A stretch of DNA of 63,356 bases, the filler included, from Rozella allomycis CSF55 (lineage: Eukaryota): the NCBI GenBank assembly GCA_000442015.1. It is 14 parts of 14 records of this genome, joined end to end, with 100 filler letters (N's around TTAATTAATTAA, not from the genome) between each part and the next. Parts side by side here need not be neighbours in the genome. Positions count along the whole stretch, not along the records: positions 1 to 5,788 come from KE560869.1; positions 5,889 to 14,089 come from KE560872.1; 12 more parts are not named here. One strand, written 5' to 3'. A program made the position numbers and the translations under genes. Below the pieces are notes generated by a model. That model had not been told where the DNA came from. It made no database searches and saw nothing but the letters and a program-made list of their open reading frames with translations. Shown here in pieces: positions 1 through 12,385 of the stretch (position 1 is the stretch's first letter; each line of letters starts with the position of its first letter).

Positions 1-354
1 ATCAAGTCAACAGAGAATGTAGAAAAGAAAGAATTTCTTATGCTTCTATTCAAAAGATCAATGGCATTATTTCTTACGGGTTTTCTATTCTGGAATGTTG
101 ATAATTTAATGTGTGACCATTTGATATCATTTAGAGACTTACTTCGACAAAATGGATTGCAGCAATTTACTTTTTTATTTCAATTTCACGCTATATGGCA
201 TATTCTCACATGTCTAGGAACTTTTCATGAAATTTGCGCGGCCTTTATCTCAAGTGACGAAACGAACGAAAACACCGTCTACTATTGTTGTTTCGTTCCT
301 TTGATCAAAAAAATTAGCAATGAACAAATCGAAAAATCAATCAAAAACAAATAA
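1..354 (+). CDS. Alkaline ceramidase (ACER/YPC1/YDC1 family), 3' part, truncated at window start
   Basis: Hydrophobic ORF with GFLFWNVDN..C and FHAIWHILT, matching the CREST-family H.WWH zinc motif of alkaline ceramidases. Confidence 0.85.
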   Translation: MKSTENVEKKEFLMLLFKRSMALFLTGFLFWNVDNLMCDHLISFRDLLRQNGLQQFTFLFQFHAIWHILTCLGTFHEICAAFISSDETNENTVYYCCFVPLIKKISNEQIEKSIKNK

Positions 355-397
355 AGCCGTTTCTATTTATTTTGATAATCAAAATTTTCCTAGCCAC

Positions 398-913
398 ATG
401 ACTTTAATCCCTATACATCAAATTGCATGTCACGGGGAAATAGCCGAAATAGAAGCTGCTGTAGAGACTAATAGAATGCAGAACCCTTATTACTCTGTCG
501 ATAGATTCAACAAAAACGGGATGACACCTTTGCACGGTGCTTGCTATTATGGAAATTTTGACAATGTAATGTGCCTAGTTCAAAAATTCAATGCGCAAAT
601 TAACCAATATTCGATATTTAACGGAATAAAATTTGCGACACCGTTGCATTTTGCTGTCACTGGAGGACATAGCGATGTGGTTGCTATACTTTGCCAATTC
701 GGTGCGGACTGGTCTCTGCCGGATTATAAAGGCTACAATGCGTTGGAACTGGCTAGACATTTAAAACAGAAAAAATGTATATTGGTTCTAGAAGAAATTG
801 CTGGTACAAATGCAACAGATATACCATTGTCATTAATTAATAGCAGTTCTCGAGATATTGAACCTTCATTAAACTTAAGGACTAGTCTGAAGCGGTCGTA
901 TTCCAGCCTGTAA
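398..913 (+). CDS. Small ankyrin-repeat protein
   Basis: GMTPLHGAC, ATPLHFAV.GGH.DVV..L.Q.GAD and G.NAL.LA ankyrin repeats; likely ATG at 398 (the ORF track start at 320 overlaps the ceramidase). Confidence 0.85.
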   Translation: MTLIPIHQIACHGEIAEIEAAVETNRMQNPYYSVDRFNKNGMTPLHGACYYGNFDNVMCLVQKFNAQINQYSIFNGIKFATPLHFAVTGGHSDVVAILCQFGADWSLPDYKGYNALELARHLKQKKCILVLEEIAGTNATDIPLSLINSSSRDIEPSLNLRTSLKRSYSSL

Positions 914-1056
914 GAAATTTTCATCTAATTAACCTAGAAAATCATTACCTGAATCAAAAAGCGCGTCATATGTAGATTTACTCATAAATAAATAACATGT
1001 TCATTTTGTATTGCTATTTTTGCAATTTACATTTCTTTTCACAAATTTCGAGTTGA

Positions 1057-1675
1057 ATGGTAAAGTTGATAACGGTAATACAAACTAGAGTGGTGAAACG
1101 CTTCCTCCAAACTGGGAGATACGGTATTCCAAAAGCCGCAACAACAAGCCATACTATTTCAATAAACTCACGAACCAGAGTGTTTGGGAGCATCCGTCAA
1201 CTATTGAGCCTACCAGTCCTACTATTGATCAAGTGCGAGTGGCACATATTCTAGTTAAACATTCTGGCTCACGTAGACCATCATCTTGGAAAACTGTAGG
1301 CTTTTTACTGTCTAATATTGTAGGCCAAAATAACGAGAAGCAAGGAAGAAGCATATCAAAAGATTAATGAATACTTACAAATGATTAAAGAAAACAAAGT
1401 CTCCTTTTCGTCATTGGCCAGTACTGAAAGTGATTGCAGTAGCGCAAAGAATGGCGGTGATTTGGGTAATTTTGGAAGAGGTCAAATGCAAAGTAAGAAT
1501 ATATTTAATATTTAATAAGAACCATTTGAAGATGCATCGTAATATTTATCACAAATAGTAAGTTAGATTTGCGCTACAGATTGGCGAGCTTTCAGGTCCA
1601 ATTGAGACAGGTATGTATCAATTAAACTCATAATCAATAGATTCTGGAATACATTTGATTTACAGAATAGCATAG
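1057..1675 (+). CDS. PIN1: Peptidyl-prolyl isomerase Pin1/Ess1 (WW + parvulin), 6 exons
   Basis: Manual splicing (introns 1060-1088, 1296-1323, 1493-1519, 1539-1566, 1611-1640) gives [74 protein letters not shown] and SG.HLI.R. Confidence 0.95.
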
Positions 1676-1730
1676 AAAATAAACTCTAGTTTGAATTTCA
1701 TTACGAATTTTATTAAATCCAATTTTGAGA

Positions 1731-2271
1731 ATGGAGAATACCAACGCACTTCAAAATCCCAATAGTGAATGGACGACGCATAGGGGAACATGGATTACGA
1801 ATGTAGTGATAGTTGTTTTGCTTAAACTATTTTTCTCGAGTATCCCAGGAATTTCAGCCGAGGCGTCTTGGACTTTATTGAATGTTGCGTATAATCTAGT
1901 AAGATGATTATATAAGGATGAGAAGGGATCTTTCATTATGTGGCATTGGATAATGGGAAGTCCGTTTGATACGGACCAGGGATCCTACCGAGGATTGACA
2001 CTTTGGGAGCAGGTTGGAGGGTTTATTTTAGTTATATTAGCTTGATGATGGGGAACAGTTTACGCCATCGAAGAAATTTTTGACTGCGTTTCCAATAGTT
2101 TTGTAATGATTGTGGATAATGTTGAATAGGTTCTTTCTTGGAACACATTATACTCATTATGACTTGCCGACCTTTTTGATAAACTTGATGACTCTTTTTC
2201 TGTCATTGGCGGGAAAGATTCCTATTATGCATCAAGTTAGGTTGTTTGGCATCAATAAGAAAGAAGAATGA
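1731..2271 (+). CDS. ORM1: ORM1/ORMDL serine-palmitoyltransferase regulator, 4 exons
   Basis: Introns 1899-1925, 2013-2040 and 2103-2129; spliced product has NPNSEW...RG.W, HW..GSPF..DQG....LTLWEQLD.GEQFTPSKKFL, HYTHYD and K.P.MH.VRLFGIN. Confidence 0.93.
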
Positions 2272-2302
2272 ATTAAGTTAACGATGAAATAAATATGCAG
2301 AT

Positions 2303-4726
2303 TTATTGTTGATGATTGAATAAAGTTGTATTCCACTTTGGAAATACGCGCTTGTAGAGATACATGCAAATTGTGTCTTGCTGTTGTATTTGTTTATCAA
2401 AAGTGCATTTCATATAGCCATGAGTACCTAATTGAGTGATTTGATTAATTATTACCGAGTGATTCTTTAATGTGACCTCTACGACCATACTTTGTGACGA
2501 GTTGAACTGGTTTAAACCAAGCGACATCTGAAGGGTTAAAGAACATGTAACGAACAGAAGCGCTTCTTTTATGAATTTTGTAGGGAAAGCCAGTCAAGAT
2601 GATTCTCTTTATGATCATTCTAGTTGGTTCAGGGTCTTGTAAACTTCCAGTGCCAACTAACGTTAAGGATCCCTCTTCAGACTGTTTAAACAGCAAAATA
2701 GGCGCAGGACCAAAAAGAATTGGACCAAAATATGAACCAACATAGAAATCACCATGTTTTAAATATCTTTCAAATTTGTGAAGTTTCCCTTTATTGTTTT
2801 GAGAGAACAAGGGGTTTATTTTTAATCTTCTAACCCCTGTAAATAAAATCAATTCATCTTTAGATTTAATTGGATCTTGAAATTCTTCAGTTCTCAAAAT
2901 TGTGAAATGATTTAAAGAAATTTTCTGTTCATGTCTCAACAATCCAAAAACAGTCAAAGGAAAGTTTGAAACGAGGGGGACGTTTTCAATAATTAAAGAA
3001 ATTCTTTCATTACAAGCAACTTTGGTTTCAAACGCAGCTTCTTTGGCTTTTTCTGAAGTTTTCTTGAAATTATCAAATTGAAATATTCTGCTGTAATCTT
3101 CAGGCAAGTTTTCATAAGGATCCCAAAATGAAGTTCTAAAACTTTCCAATCCACGATATTTCATAAATCTCTCTTTAGCACTTTTATTCAAGGGTGTATC
3201 AACTTCATCTGGAAAGTCCATTTCATTCTTCAATTCATTTTTCTTTTGCATAAATTCTTTAAATTCTTTTTCTTCTTCTTCTGGCGAAAGTAAATCATTC
3301 TTTATTTCTGAATCATCAATCGTTATTATTTCTTCTTCTTCAAATTCACTTTCTGAAATTTCAGAATCTTCTTTCATTTCATTTTCAACATTTTCTTCTT
3401 CATCTTCATCGTCTGATTCTACAATCCATGCTGCTTGATACGATGAAGTTCCCTTGGGTACTTTCTTCATCTGTCCAGTTGGTTTCTTAAACATTTTATT
3501 ATCAACTGCCATCCCTTCTTCTTCTTCTTCTCTTTCCTTTAAGATTTGCTTAATTCTTTCTTCGCCAGCTAACACTTCTTCATCAGTAATATCAAACCTC
3601 TCATCCATCATTTCAACATCGGGAATATTCTCAGCTTGTAAAGACTCTCTATTAGAATCAAAAGTATCAATTATTTTCTCTTCCATTCCATTTAACGGGC
3701 AAGATAAAACATTTGAAACTTGAAAGTCACCCAACCCTGGTAAATGGACCAACCGGTTAGCTGAAAATCCTACATTCCCTCTGCTATATCCGGTAACTTT
3801 CAATAAACATTTTGAATTATCTTCTTCATTCACTCTTGTCTCGATAGAGTCTACAACCATATACGGTCTAAATTCTCGCCACTTCATTTGCTTTGGAATT
3901 TGATTGGCGACATGTCTAACAGTCAATTCACAATCCTATCTTGAATTAAATATTCCTTTACTGCCAAAGAATCACATAAATAAATTCTCTCTTCTGAAGG
4001 AAAATGATAGTTCATGTACGATTGAAGAGACTTTTTCACATCCCCTTTACGCTTCTCTTCAACATTCTGCATATTCTTTGTTCAAATATTAAAAATAGAT
4101 TTACTTGCGCTATTGAAACAGTTAAAGGAACTCCATGACTCTTGCAAATCTTTAAAAAGAGCTCCCCTTGTTCATCAACTTCTTCAACACCAGAAAGTAA
4201 AAATATTAAATAATCAGCCCCCTGAATTTTAGAAATCAAATCTTGCACATCTCTGGATGCTTCCAATATCTGAAATTTTTGATTATATTTCGAACATCTG
4301 TCTTATTGAATAAAGTGCCATTTACTCGTAATAATTCTCTGAAATATGTTCTATCAAATTATTTTCAATCAAAGACTCTTTAAATTTACTCGCACAAACA
4401 TCGGGACACAATGGAATCACAGTCTATTCCAATTTAAAATATTTCGCTACCAAAATTTTTGGAACTCCATTTCTTCCTTGAAAAATCCTCTTCATCATCA
4501 TTTGCTCTTCTTTTTTAACTTTTTGAATATTCTTGCTTCTATTTCTACGATCTTGCTTGGACATTTTCACAGCTGATTTCAAAGCTTTGATCACTAGCTC
4601 TTGTTTTCCTGAAAATACATCTACACACTTTTAGTTACCAGCTGTTTTAATTTTTCTATTAGAAGATCCTTTAAAAGGCTTATTAGACTGGTGCAAACCA
4701 GTAGAAGGTCTATGAGAATGCGTCAT
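2303..4726 (-). CDS. TSR1: Pre-40S ribosome biogenesis factor TSR1, multi-exon
   Basis: N-terminus [19 protein letters not shown]; motifs [65 protein letters not shown] and LYKRVFPKW. Confidence 0.93.
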
Positions 4727-4786
4727 ACACAAAAATCTTGCTTTGACCAGGGTCTGAAATATTATATTATACTTACAACTATTAAC

Positions 4787-5788
4787 ATGCTACGAGGAAA
4801 TAATATAGTGTATAGAACAAATACAAGTCCATATCAACCTACATCAGTAATTTATTCGCCAATTTCAAATAGCTAAAATTTAGTCCGTTCGATCCAGATA
4901 AAATTGCTGTATCGTCAAGTGCAAATTTTGGAATTGCCGGTGCCGGTAGAATTAGTATTTTTAGTGTTTCTTCAAGAGAACCGCCCAAAATGTAAAGTAT
5001 TAGTTTCGAATTGACCAGCATTGACCTGCCTAATGCTGTATTCGATTGTTGCTGGAGTGAATGCACTCCAAATATAGTTCTTGCAGCTGTTGGAAACGGT
5101 TCCATTTTCGTAATAGATTCATTTTTGGGGGTATACGTTGACAGCATTTTAAATAGAATGTTTCAAGAATAATTAATTCGCATCTCAAAGAAGTGTCTTC
5201 TGTAGATTGGAGTTTGGCAAATGATCGAACCAATTTTCTTAGCACTTCATGGGATTTTACGATTAAGATAGTAAATCTACAATTAACATTACAATAGTGG
5301 TCACTATTGCATCAAGAGCCATTAAGTGTATTCAACGGACATCAANTGTATTAAACGGACATCAAGGTCCAGTTCATGAAGCTCGTTTTCATCCAAGGAA
5401 TGGCAATTTGGTTGCATCTGTCTCTGGCGATAGTTGTCTAAATATCCTGGATACAATGCGTCCGCAACCACTGATTCATAAAATTCGCTCCCACGAGCAA
5501 GAAGTCCTGTCAGTAGATTGGAACAAGTATAATAGTAATCTGATATTGACTGCTTCTGCGGACACGTCAATTAAACTCTGGGATATGCGCAAGCTAGATG
5601 GTCCATTAAATGTATTTAGATTTCACCGATATGCTGTTAACTCTATACAATTTTCTCCTTTTAAGGAAAACATTTTTGCATCTGGAAGTTACGATATGTC
5701 ATGGTCGGTGTGGGATTTGGGGTCCAATGTGCCTCTAAGGTTTGATGATTCCTTTACAGAATTTATAACTGATGTTGAATGGAACTGT
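4787..5788 (+). CDS. PEX7: Peroxisomal PTS2 receptor PEX7 (WD40), multi-exon, 3' truncated by a gap
   Basis: KFSPF...IAV.SSANFGIAGAGR, FDCCWSE, H.KEV.SVDW, H.QEVLSVDWNKY, H.YAV..IQFSP and ASGSYDM motifs. Confidence 0.9.
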
Positions 5789-5832
5789 NNNNNNNNNNNN
5801 NNNNNNNNNNNNNNNNNNNNNNNNNNNNNNNN

Positions 5833-5844
5833 TTAATTAATTAA
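5833..5844. other. Artificial scaffold-concatenation spacer TTAATTAATTAA within N runs (first of 13)
   Basis: Identical 12-mer with stops in all six frames, flanked by Ns, also at 14134, 22046, 31254, 32800, 38216, 44494, 46897, 49459, 51200, 54331, 58709 and 61249. Confidence 0.97.
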
Positions 5845-5969
5845 NNNNNNNNNNNNNNNNNNNNNNNNNNNNNNNNNNNNNNNNNNNNAAGGGGTGTGTC
5901 ACACCCGGGGTGAATTTGTCGTTAGCCAGCTGATCCATGTATTTTTGTGAAATGAAATGATGAAAGAAG

Positions 5970-7709
5970 TTAATTTTCAAAAATATATGGACATGTTGAT
6001 GATATTGAGATAAAGTAAGAAAGAAAGTAGAAGATTTTTAGAATGATTTGGTATGATATATTTTGTGCAATTGGAATGCCAACATAGTAAGACGACTTGT
6101 GTCTATAACCTATGAGCAGTAATTTATTAGGTTCCTCAAATTTTCCAAAGTAGATTTTTCCATTTTTGAACATAGTATCAATACCTTGATCATCAACATG
6201 ATTGATTGACAAAAGATTTTCAAAAATATCTGATGACTAGAGGACTCGATTCAGGTCATAGGTACTGCTTTGAAGTTTTCCAATTTCTGTAGCATAAATG
6301 AATTCACCGTTTGCAACTTTGATAGGATGAGTAATAAAGGAATAAGATTGTAATCCGGCTTTATTGGATACAATAGTATCAGTGGCACCAGAATCTGCAT
6401 TGAACCGAATAGTGGACACAAGTGCATTGGCTTCGGAGCCTTTGAATTTCCTTTTTTTCGTACAATTGAAGGAGTTTAGAGTTTGGCTTGTGTTTCACGT
6501 GGGTGCCCGATAACCCACTGTTGATACAAATGGAGCATGTGGGAGCATGCTCTGGATGGCAGTACCAGCAAGTGTCTTTAATCTTGTGGTGTTCACAATA
6601 TTTGGGAGATGCTTCTTTTTCCATTCTTTGAATTGTTGTTACGGATGCTTGTTGTGATGTTTCCTCCCATGCCGGTGATTGAAAGAGATCGTCTAGCGTA
6701 AGGGTGCTTTTGTTTGTTTCTTAAATGGTTGAACGCACAGCATGATAATTCATTGGTAAGTTCACTACGGCAAAGGAGATTGAGACAAGAGATTCAATAG
6801 AAAAAATGGATGACTCGTTCTTGAAAGTTACCTGAAGATCCCTCTGTATACTTAATAAATTTGTGTTGTTTTCTAGCATTGAGCTTTTTGGATATTTGAN
6901 CTTTGAATTTCCTTTTTTTCGTACAATTGAAGGAGTTTAGAGTTTGGCTTGTGTTTCACGTGGGTGCCCGATAACCCACTGTTGATACAAATGGAGCATG
7001 TGGGAGCATGCTCTGGATGGCAGTACCAGCAAGTGTCTTTAATCTTGTGGTGTTCACAATATTTGGGAGATGCTTCTTTTTCCATTCTTTGAATTGTTGT
7101 TACGGATGCTTGTTGTGATGTTTCCTCCCATGCCGGTGATTGAAAGAGATCGTCTAGCGTAAGGGTGCTTTTGTTTGTTTCTTAAATGGTTGAACGCACA
7201 GCATGATAATTCATTGGTAAGTTCACTACGGCAAAGGAGATTGAGACAAGAGATTCAATAGAAAAAATGGATGACTCGTTCTTGAAAGTTACCTGAAGAT
7301 CCCTCTGTATACTTAATAAATTTGTGTTGTTTTCTAGCATTGAGCTTTTTGGATATTTGAAGTTAATTAGGTTATTGATTGCAGTTACCTTTGTGGAAAA
7401 GTTTGATGTGAGAAATGTTTCCTTGAGGTAATTCCCGATGGTGTTGCTATTGAGGCCTGAGTCGATGATGTGCTCTAGATTTCGTCTGCGATGGTGCATA
7501 TTAGAAGTGAAGCTACTTGGTCCGTTCGTCTTTTTTTGGTCCCGATTGATTGATTGAAGGTACAGTTTGACGCGTTTAGTCCAAATATGATAACCTTGCT
7601 TACGTGTCAGGGTTTCATATTCGCCTTGTGCATTTGATATGCGGTGCTTGTATCTTCGATTGCTGCCTGCTGGGAATTGTTTGCTGTCTACTGTCGTCTT
7701 CTCTGTCAT
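5970..7709 (-). mobile_element. Ty1/copia-like gag-protease remnant, frameshifted, with an n-joined duplicate segment
   Basis: Y.IW..R.K.YL gag N-terminus, VNLP.NY.AVRS, Cys/His cluster, protease RFNADSGATDTI and NLLSI; 6440-6899 repeats sequence from 6901-7360. Confidence 0.75.
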
Positions 7710-7834
7710 TTGCTGATAACGTGTTGAGATAAATTAAGAAAGAAAGGAGAAGATAAGACAAGGGTTTATTATCATGTGTGAAAGTTATAGGTTGATAAGG
7801 AGTCTGGACTGATCTATGCTGATTTTCCTTCACC

Positions 7835-8710
7835 AGATGACACTTATATTTGGCCTGGAAATTTTGACAATCTGAATGAAATCAAAAAGATGCTTCAGAG
7901 CAAATTTGAAATCACTGATGATGGCGAAGCAGATTCAATTCTAAACCTTAAATTACGAACACACAGAACAAACAGAATGATTTACCTATTACATAAATAG
8001 GGATTTAGGAGTAAATCAACTTTAATCCTATTTTTACATGCTAACATCTAATCCTTGCAGTACCTCCATGAAAGTTCATCATCTATTTGACTTTTCTGCA
8101 AAGCACTCAGAAGACGCAAAGGAAATGAAGAATATGTCTTATTGCGAATGTGTTGGACGACTTGCCAATCTTTTAAGAATCACGATACCTGATAGTGCAT
8201 ACGGTGTAGGAGTTGTGTCACGGTTTTAGCACAACCCAGCCAGAGTGTATTACAATGCAGTCAAGACAATTATGAAGTACTTAAGAGACACAATGGCGCT
8301 AGCTTTGCAATTGAGAAGCAATAGATTATTTGGCTTGACGAGTATTACTAATGCTTATGAGGAGGATATCATGACAATGCAAATCAACCTCAGGAAATCG
8401 CTCGAGTTTTGCGCACTCACTCATATCTTGGCATTAATAGAAAACATCTGGATAAGGGAGTTGCTTTCACCTTGCAACATCAAACCAGACAACCCTACTC
8501 CAATTCTGAGCGACAACGGGGTAACCATCAAGATTGCAGAAAACCATATGATAACACCGAGAAGTAAACACTTTTAAACGAAATATCATCACATCGTAGA
8601 TTTCATTCAAGACAAACAAATCCATATAAAAATTATTCCTGGAAAAGATAACATCACTGCAAGCCGCTTCCGCGAGTCAAATTCCAAAGTTTTTGGGAAA
8701 AACTAAGACT
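7835..8710 (+). mobile_element. Degenerate Ty1/copia RT-RNase H
   Basis: Y.ECVG.L..L...T.PD.AYGV.VVSRF, AVKTIMKYL, PTPILSDN...IKIAEN....RSKH; multiple stops. Confidence 0.8.
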
Positions 8711-8929
8711 ACTTCCACGCTCCCAATGTGTTGACTTAAAATCAAAATAGACTAGTCTAGAAATTTTCTTATCGACCTATCATTTTCTACAAATGCAAAA
8801 TACACCATGCCTCAACTTCTACTATCTTTCGTACTCATAAGTCGGAAGATAAATTTCGTAAATAAATTTTTTCTTTCCCCGGCACGTCCAGTAGCTGAAA
8901 TAACATACCGACGCTCAATAGTGACAACT

Positions 8930-10320
8930 ACTCGTTATTGTGAGACATACTCGCCCGTTGTCAGAAATGATGGGTATTGATTATTGTGAGACATACTCGC
9001 CCTGTTGTTAGAATGAATACATTGCGTTGCCTTTTATCTATAGCAAATAATCTAGACCTAGATTTATATCAAGCTGATGTAGTAATTTATGGTCTGCTGG
9101 AAGAGCTTGTATATTTTAGCCATCCAAGAAGCATGCATATTAGTTCACCTGGAACAGTGCTTAGATTAAAAAGGCTCTTTATGGTATGCAGCAGGCCTGT
9201 AGGCAGTGGAAAAACAATTAAATATATACTTAAAGGAATTTGGCTTTGAGGGATCAATTAGTGATTGGTGTCTACATAAAAAAAGTTAAAGAGAAAGTCA
9301 TTCTTCTAGCAGTCCTATATGATGAATTTATATTGAACTTGGAGAGTAAATTCAAAATTGAGACCTTGGCGAATTAAGATGGTGCCTAAAAATATTGATT
9401 CAGAGAAATCGAGAACAAAGACAGATGAAGCTCAGCCAACGAAAATTCATTAACGAGACTTTGATACAATTTAATATGGATGGAAGTTAACCTGTAACAA
9501 CGCCTCAAGATCCTTCTGCAAAACTCTCAACTCAAAAACATGATACATGTCCCATACAGAGAGGCTGTTGGAAGGCCTATACATCTGGCTGGATGTACCA
9601 GACCTGATATAATGAATGCCGTAGTGCAGGTATCTAGGTATGTTGAAAACCCAGGATGGGGTCATTGGAAAGCAGTAAAACAATTCTTACGATACCTGGC
9701 AGGATCTAAAGATTGTGCCTTATCATACCAAGCCAATGAAAAACATTCAGATATTATCTTCTTGCATGGCGCGTCAGATGCGAATTACAATAAAGACATT
9801 GATAAAAGAAGACCAACATCAGGATATGCATTCTTCTTGAACAGTAACTTCGTATCACGTCGTATCATGGAAATCAACAACTCAAAAATGTGCAACGCGT
9901 TCAACTTCAGAGGCGGAGTATGTGGCTTTGTGTACAGCCGCTCAAGAACTTTTGTGGCTACGAAATGAAGAGACGCAACCTACACCCATCACAGAAGATA
10001 ATAAATCGGCGAAAGTTCTCGTCATTAACAATCAATATCAGTCAAGAACACCTAACATATTGACACAAGGTTACACTTTAGTAAAGCAAAATATGAAAAT
10101 GGTGATTTGAAAGTTGAAAGCTGTAACACTGAAGACATGGTCACGGATATCGTCACAAAAGGCTTATAGAAAGGATTTTTTGAAAAGAATCGATCTACAC
10201 TAGGAGTCACACAGATAAGCTATATGAAAGACTTTTAATTACGGGAGGCTGTTGAATTTAATGATAAGTCGGAAGATAAATTTCGTAAGTTTATTTTTAC
10301 CCTGGTACGCCCAGTTTTGC
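8930..10320 (+). mobile_element. Second degenerate Ty1/copia RT-RNase H ending in a PPT and 3' LTR start
   Basis: ETYSPVVR, VPYREAVG, TRPDI..AV.QVSRY.ENPG..HWKAVK..LRYL, SDA.Y..D.D.RR.TSGY; GGGAGGC followed by TGTTG at 10250; LTR-like sequence at ~10264-10315 recurs at ~8837-8892. Confidence 0.8.
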
Positions 10321-10334
10321 ATTTGGTTTAACAT

Positions 10335-12385
10335 CCATAATAATGATGCCATTTATGACTGTGAGGAGTACATTCATTGGAAACTCAAAAGCTAGTATTG
10401 CCTCTTTAACATAGCAACGATTTGTTTAGAAATCGCGATATATAATGATAACACTATTTATTATACGTTTTACAATAGTTTGAAAAATTCTCGTGCGGTC
10501 TCTATCACATCTGTTTCTAAAGCTGAGTAGCTAGCCGATAAACCGTCGTTTTGTTATCGTTTCACTACTTTGGCATTCCATGCCAATCTACATGAAATAA
10601 AAGGTTTTAAAAGATAATTACCATAATTCTTGTCGGGTTATTTCCCGCCCCAAAAAGATTCAAACAATTATGGAAAGGTTATTTCTCGCTATGTGTCATA
10701 GATAATGTATATTCTTTGAAAATATCCTTAACATATAGTCCATATTCCCACAAGAATCCTTGTAATTTAGCAAATCTGAAATATTAGCACCTACCTCAAC
10801 GCAACCTTCAAGATTGACCGAAATTCGTCTTTTCGTATTTCGTAAATGTGAGCTTTGGTTGGCATGATAGAAGCATTGCACATATTATGTCTTGCATGCA
10901 ATTATTTTAAGGTCATATATTTACATTGGTGTTCTTTTTTAAATACTACAATATCTTCAATGAGTACTGCGACGTCCTCTTTTACATTTGGTATATCCAA
11001 TGTTGAAAGCGTATCCGCAATACTTCCATCGTGTATGTTAGATTGTTCCATAACGATCCAATTTGATTCGTAAACTATTTGATAAAGCAGATTGAAATAT
11101 TGAGGTACACACGTAAAACTAAACTCTTTGAAAACTATGTAGGCAGAATAACTCTCCAAAACAACAAAAAAAGCTTTAGTCGAAGGATGGCTATCAAAAT
11201 GCTGGACAGTAGAACCGAGTCTAAAAAAGAAGTTTAGGCTTAAATTCTAACGACAATATGCCGAAGTGTTGAAAGTCACAAAGAAAACCCAAATACATCA
11301 TTTAAAGTGGCGTAGCCACCACTAAAGTCACATTAAAAGTTACCCATGATTAAACGATTTGTTGATTATCCTCCCAATCTATTATTTAGGAGCGTTTAAG
11401 TTAAAAATACACAATTGTGTACCTCACATGAGTTATAACAATAAAAGCCTTCGCAAAGCCCATATCCGTTGGCCAGAGTTAGCTTGGCCAATTGACAATA
11501 GTTGAATTAGAAGACCGTGAGGCACAAATGCATACTCTAAACTTAAAGGATGCAATAAAGGCCTTCCTTTTCCCAACTCGTTTCTATATTTGTCTGATCA
11601 ACAAAAGCACATAAGCAACTTAACGATTAAATACGTTTTGTTAAAGTTTAGAAAAACTTGATTTGTTATCGAATTGGCAACTCGACAATTTGGCCAGCAA
11701 CGGCAGATTCAGCAATGCTATAGACACAAAAGATTACAAATATCGGAACAAGCATTACCAGGACGGCGATAATAATTCTGACTTCTAGGGAGCGCTCGCA
11801 CTGCGCGTTAACTCAACGGAAGGGTTTAGTGAATGGTTAATATAATGAACTTTAAAGCAGTTCTTGTGATTAAATCTAAATTGACTTTATTATCATTTAT
11901 TAAAAAAGATGATTTGCATCTTATCCTGTAATGAGTAGTGTTCCGCTCAGTTATAAACCAATAATTGTTGATGTCTATTTAACCGTTTGTAGGTTTTTAA
12001 ATTGATATAATGATGACAGTTATGACTGTGAAGAGTTTATGCATTGACACTTCAAAGCTAGTATTGCTTATTTGAAACAATTTTGTTCAGAACTACTAGA
12101 AAACAATTATGAAACTATTTATTATACGTTTTCTAATTTGTTGAAAATTTCTCGTGCAGTCTCTATCAAATCCGTTTCTAAAGCTAAGTAGCTAGCCGAT
12201 ACACCGTCGTTTTTTTATCGTTCACAATTTTGGCATTCCATACCAATCGACTTGAAATAATAGGTTTCAAAAGATAATTACCATAATTCTTGTCGGGTTG
12301 TTTCCCGCCCAAAACGATTCAGACAATTATGGAAAGGTTTGTTCTAGCTATGTGGCATAGATAATGTATATGCTTTGACAATATC
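10335..12385 (-). pseudogene. Diverged ~380-bp direct repeats (~10335-10720 and ~12005-12385) in a decayed gene-like region
   Basis: Copies align visibly (gctagccgata..ccgtcgttttt; gataattaccataattcttgtcgggtt). On the minus strand they read as stop-interrupted coding sequence with a short GT..AG intron-like segment. Confidence 0.5.

Noticed and set aside
1057-1254. 65-aa ORF from the track as an independent gene
   Set aside because: Unspliced out-of-frame read-through of PIN1 intron 1
5833-5844. Recurrent palindrome TTAATTAATTAA as a biological motif
   Set aside because: Always centred in N runs of the same length; it is an artificial six-frame-stop linker
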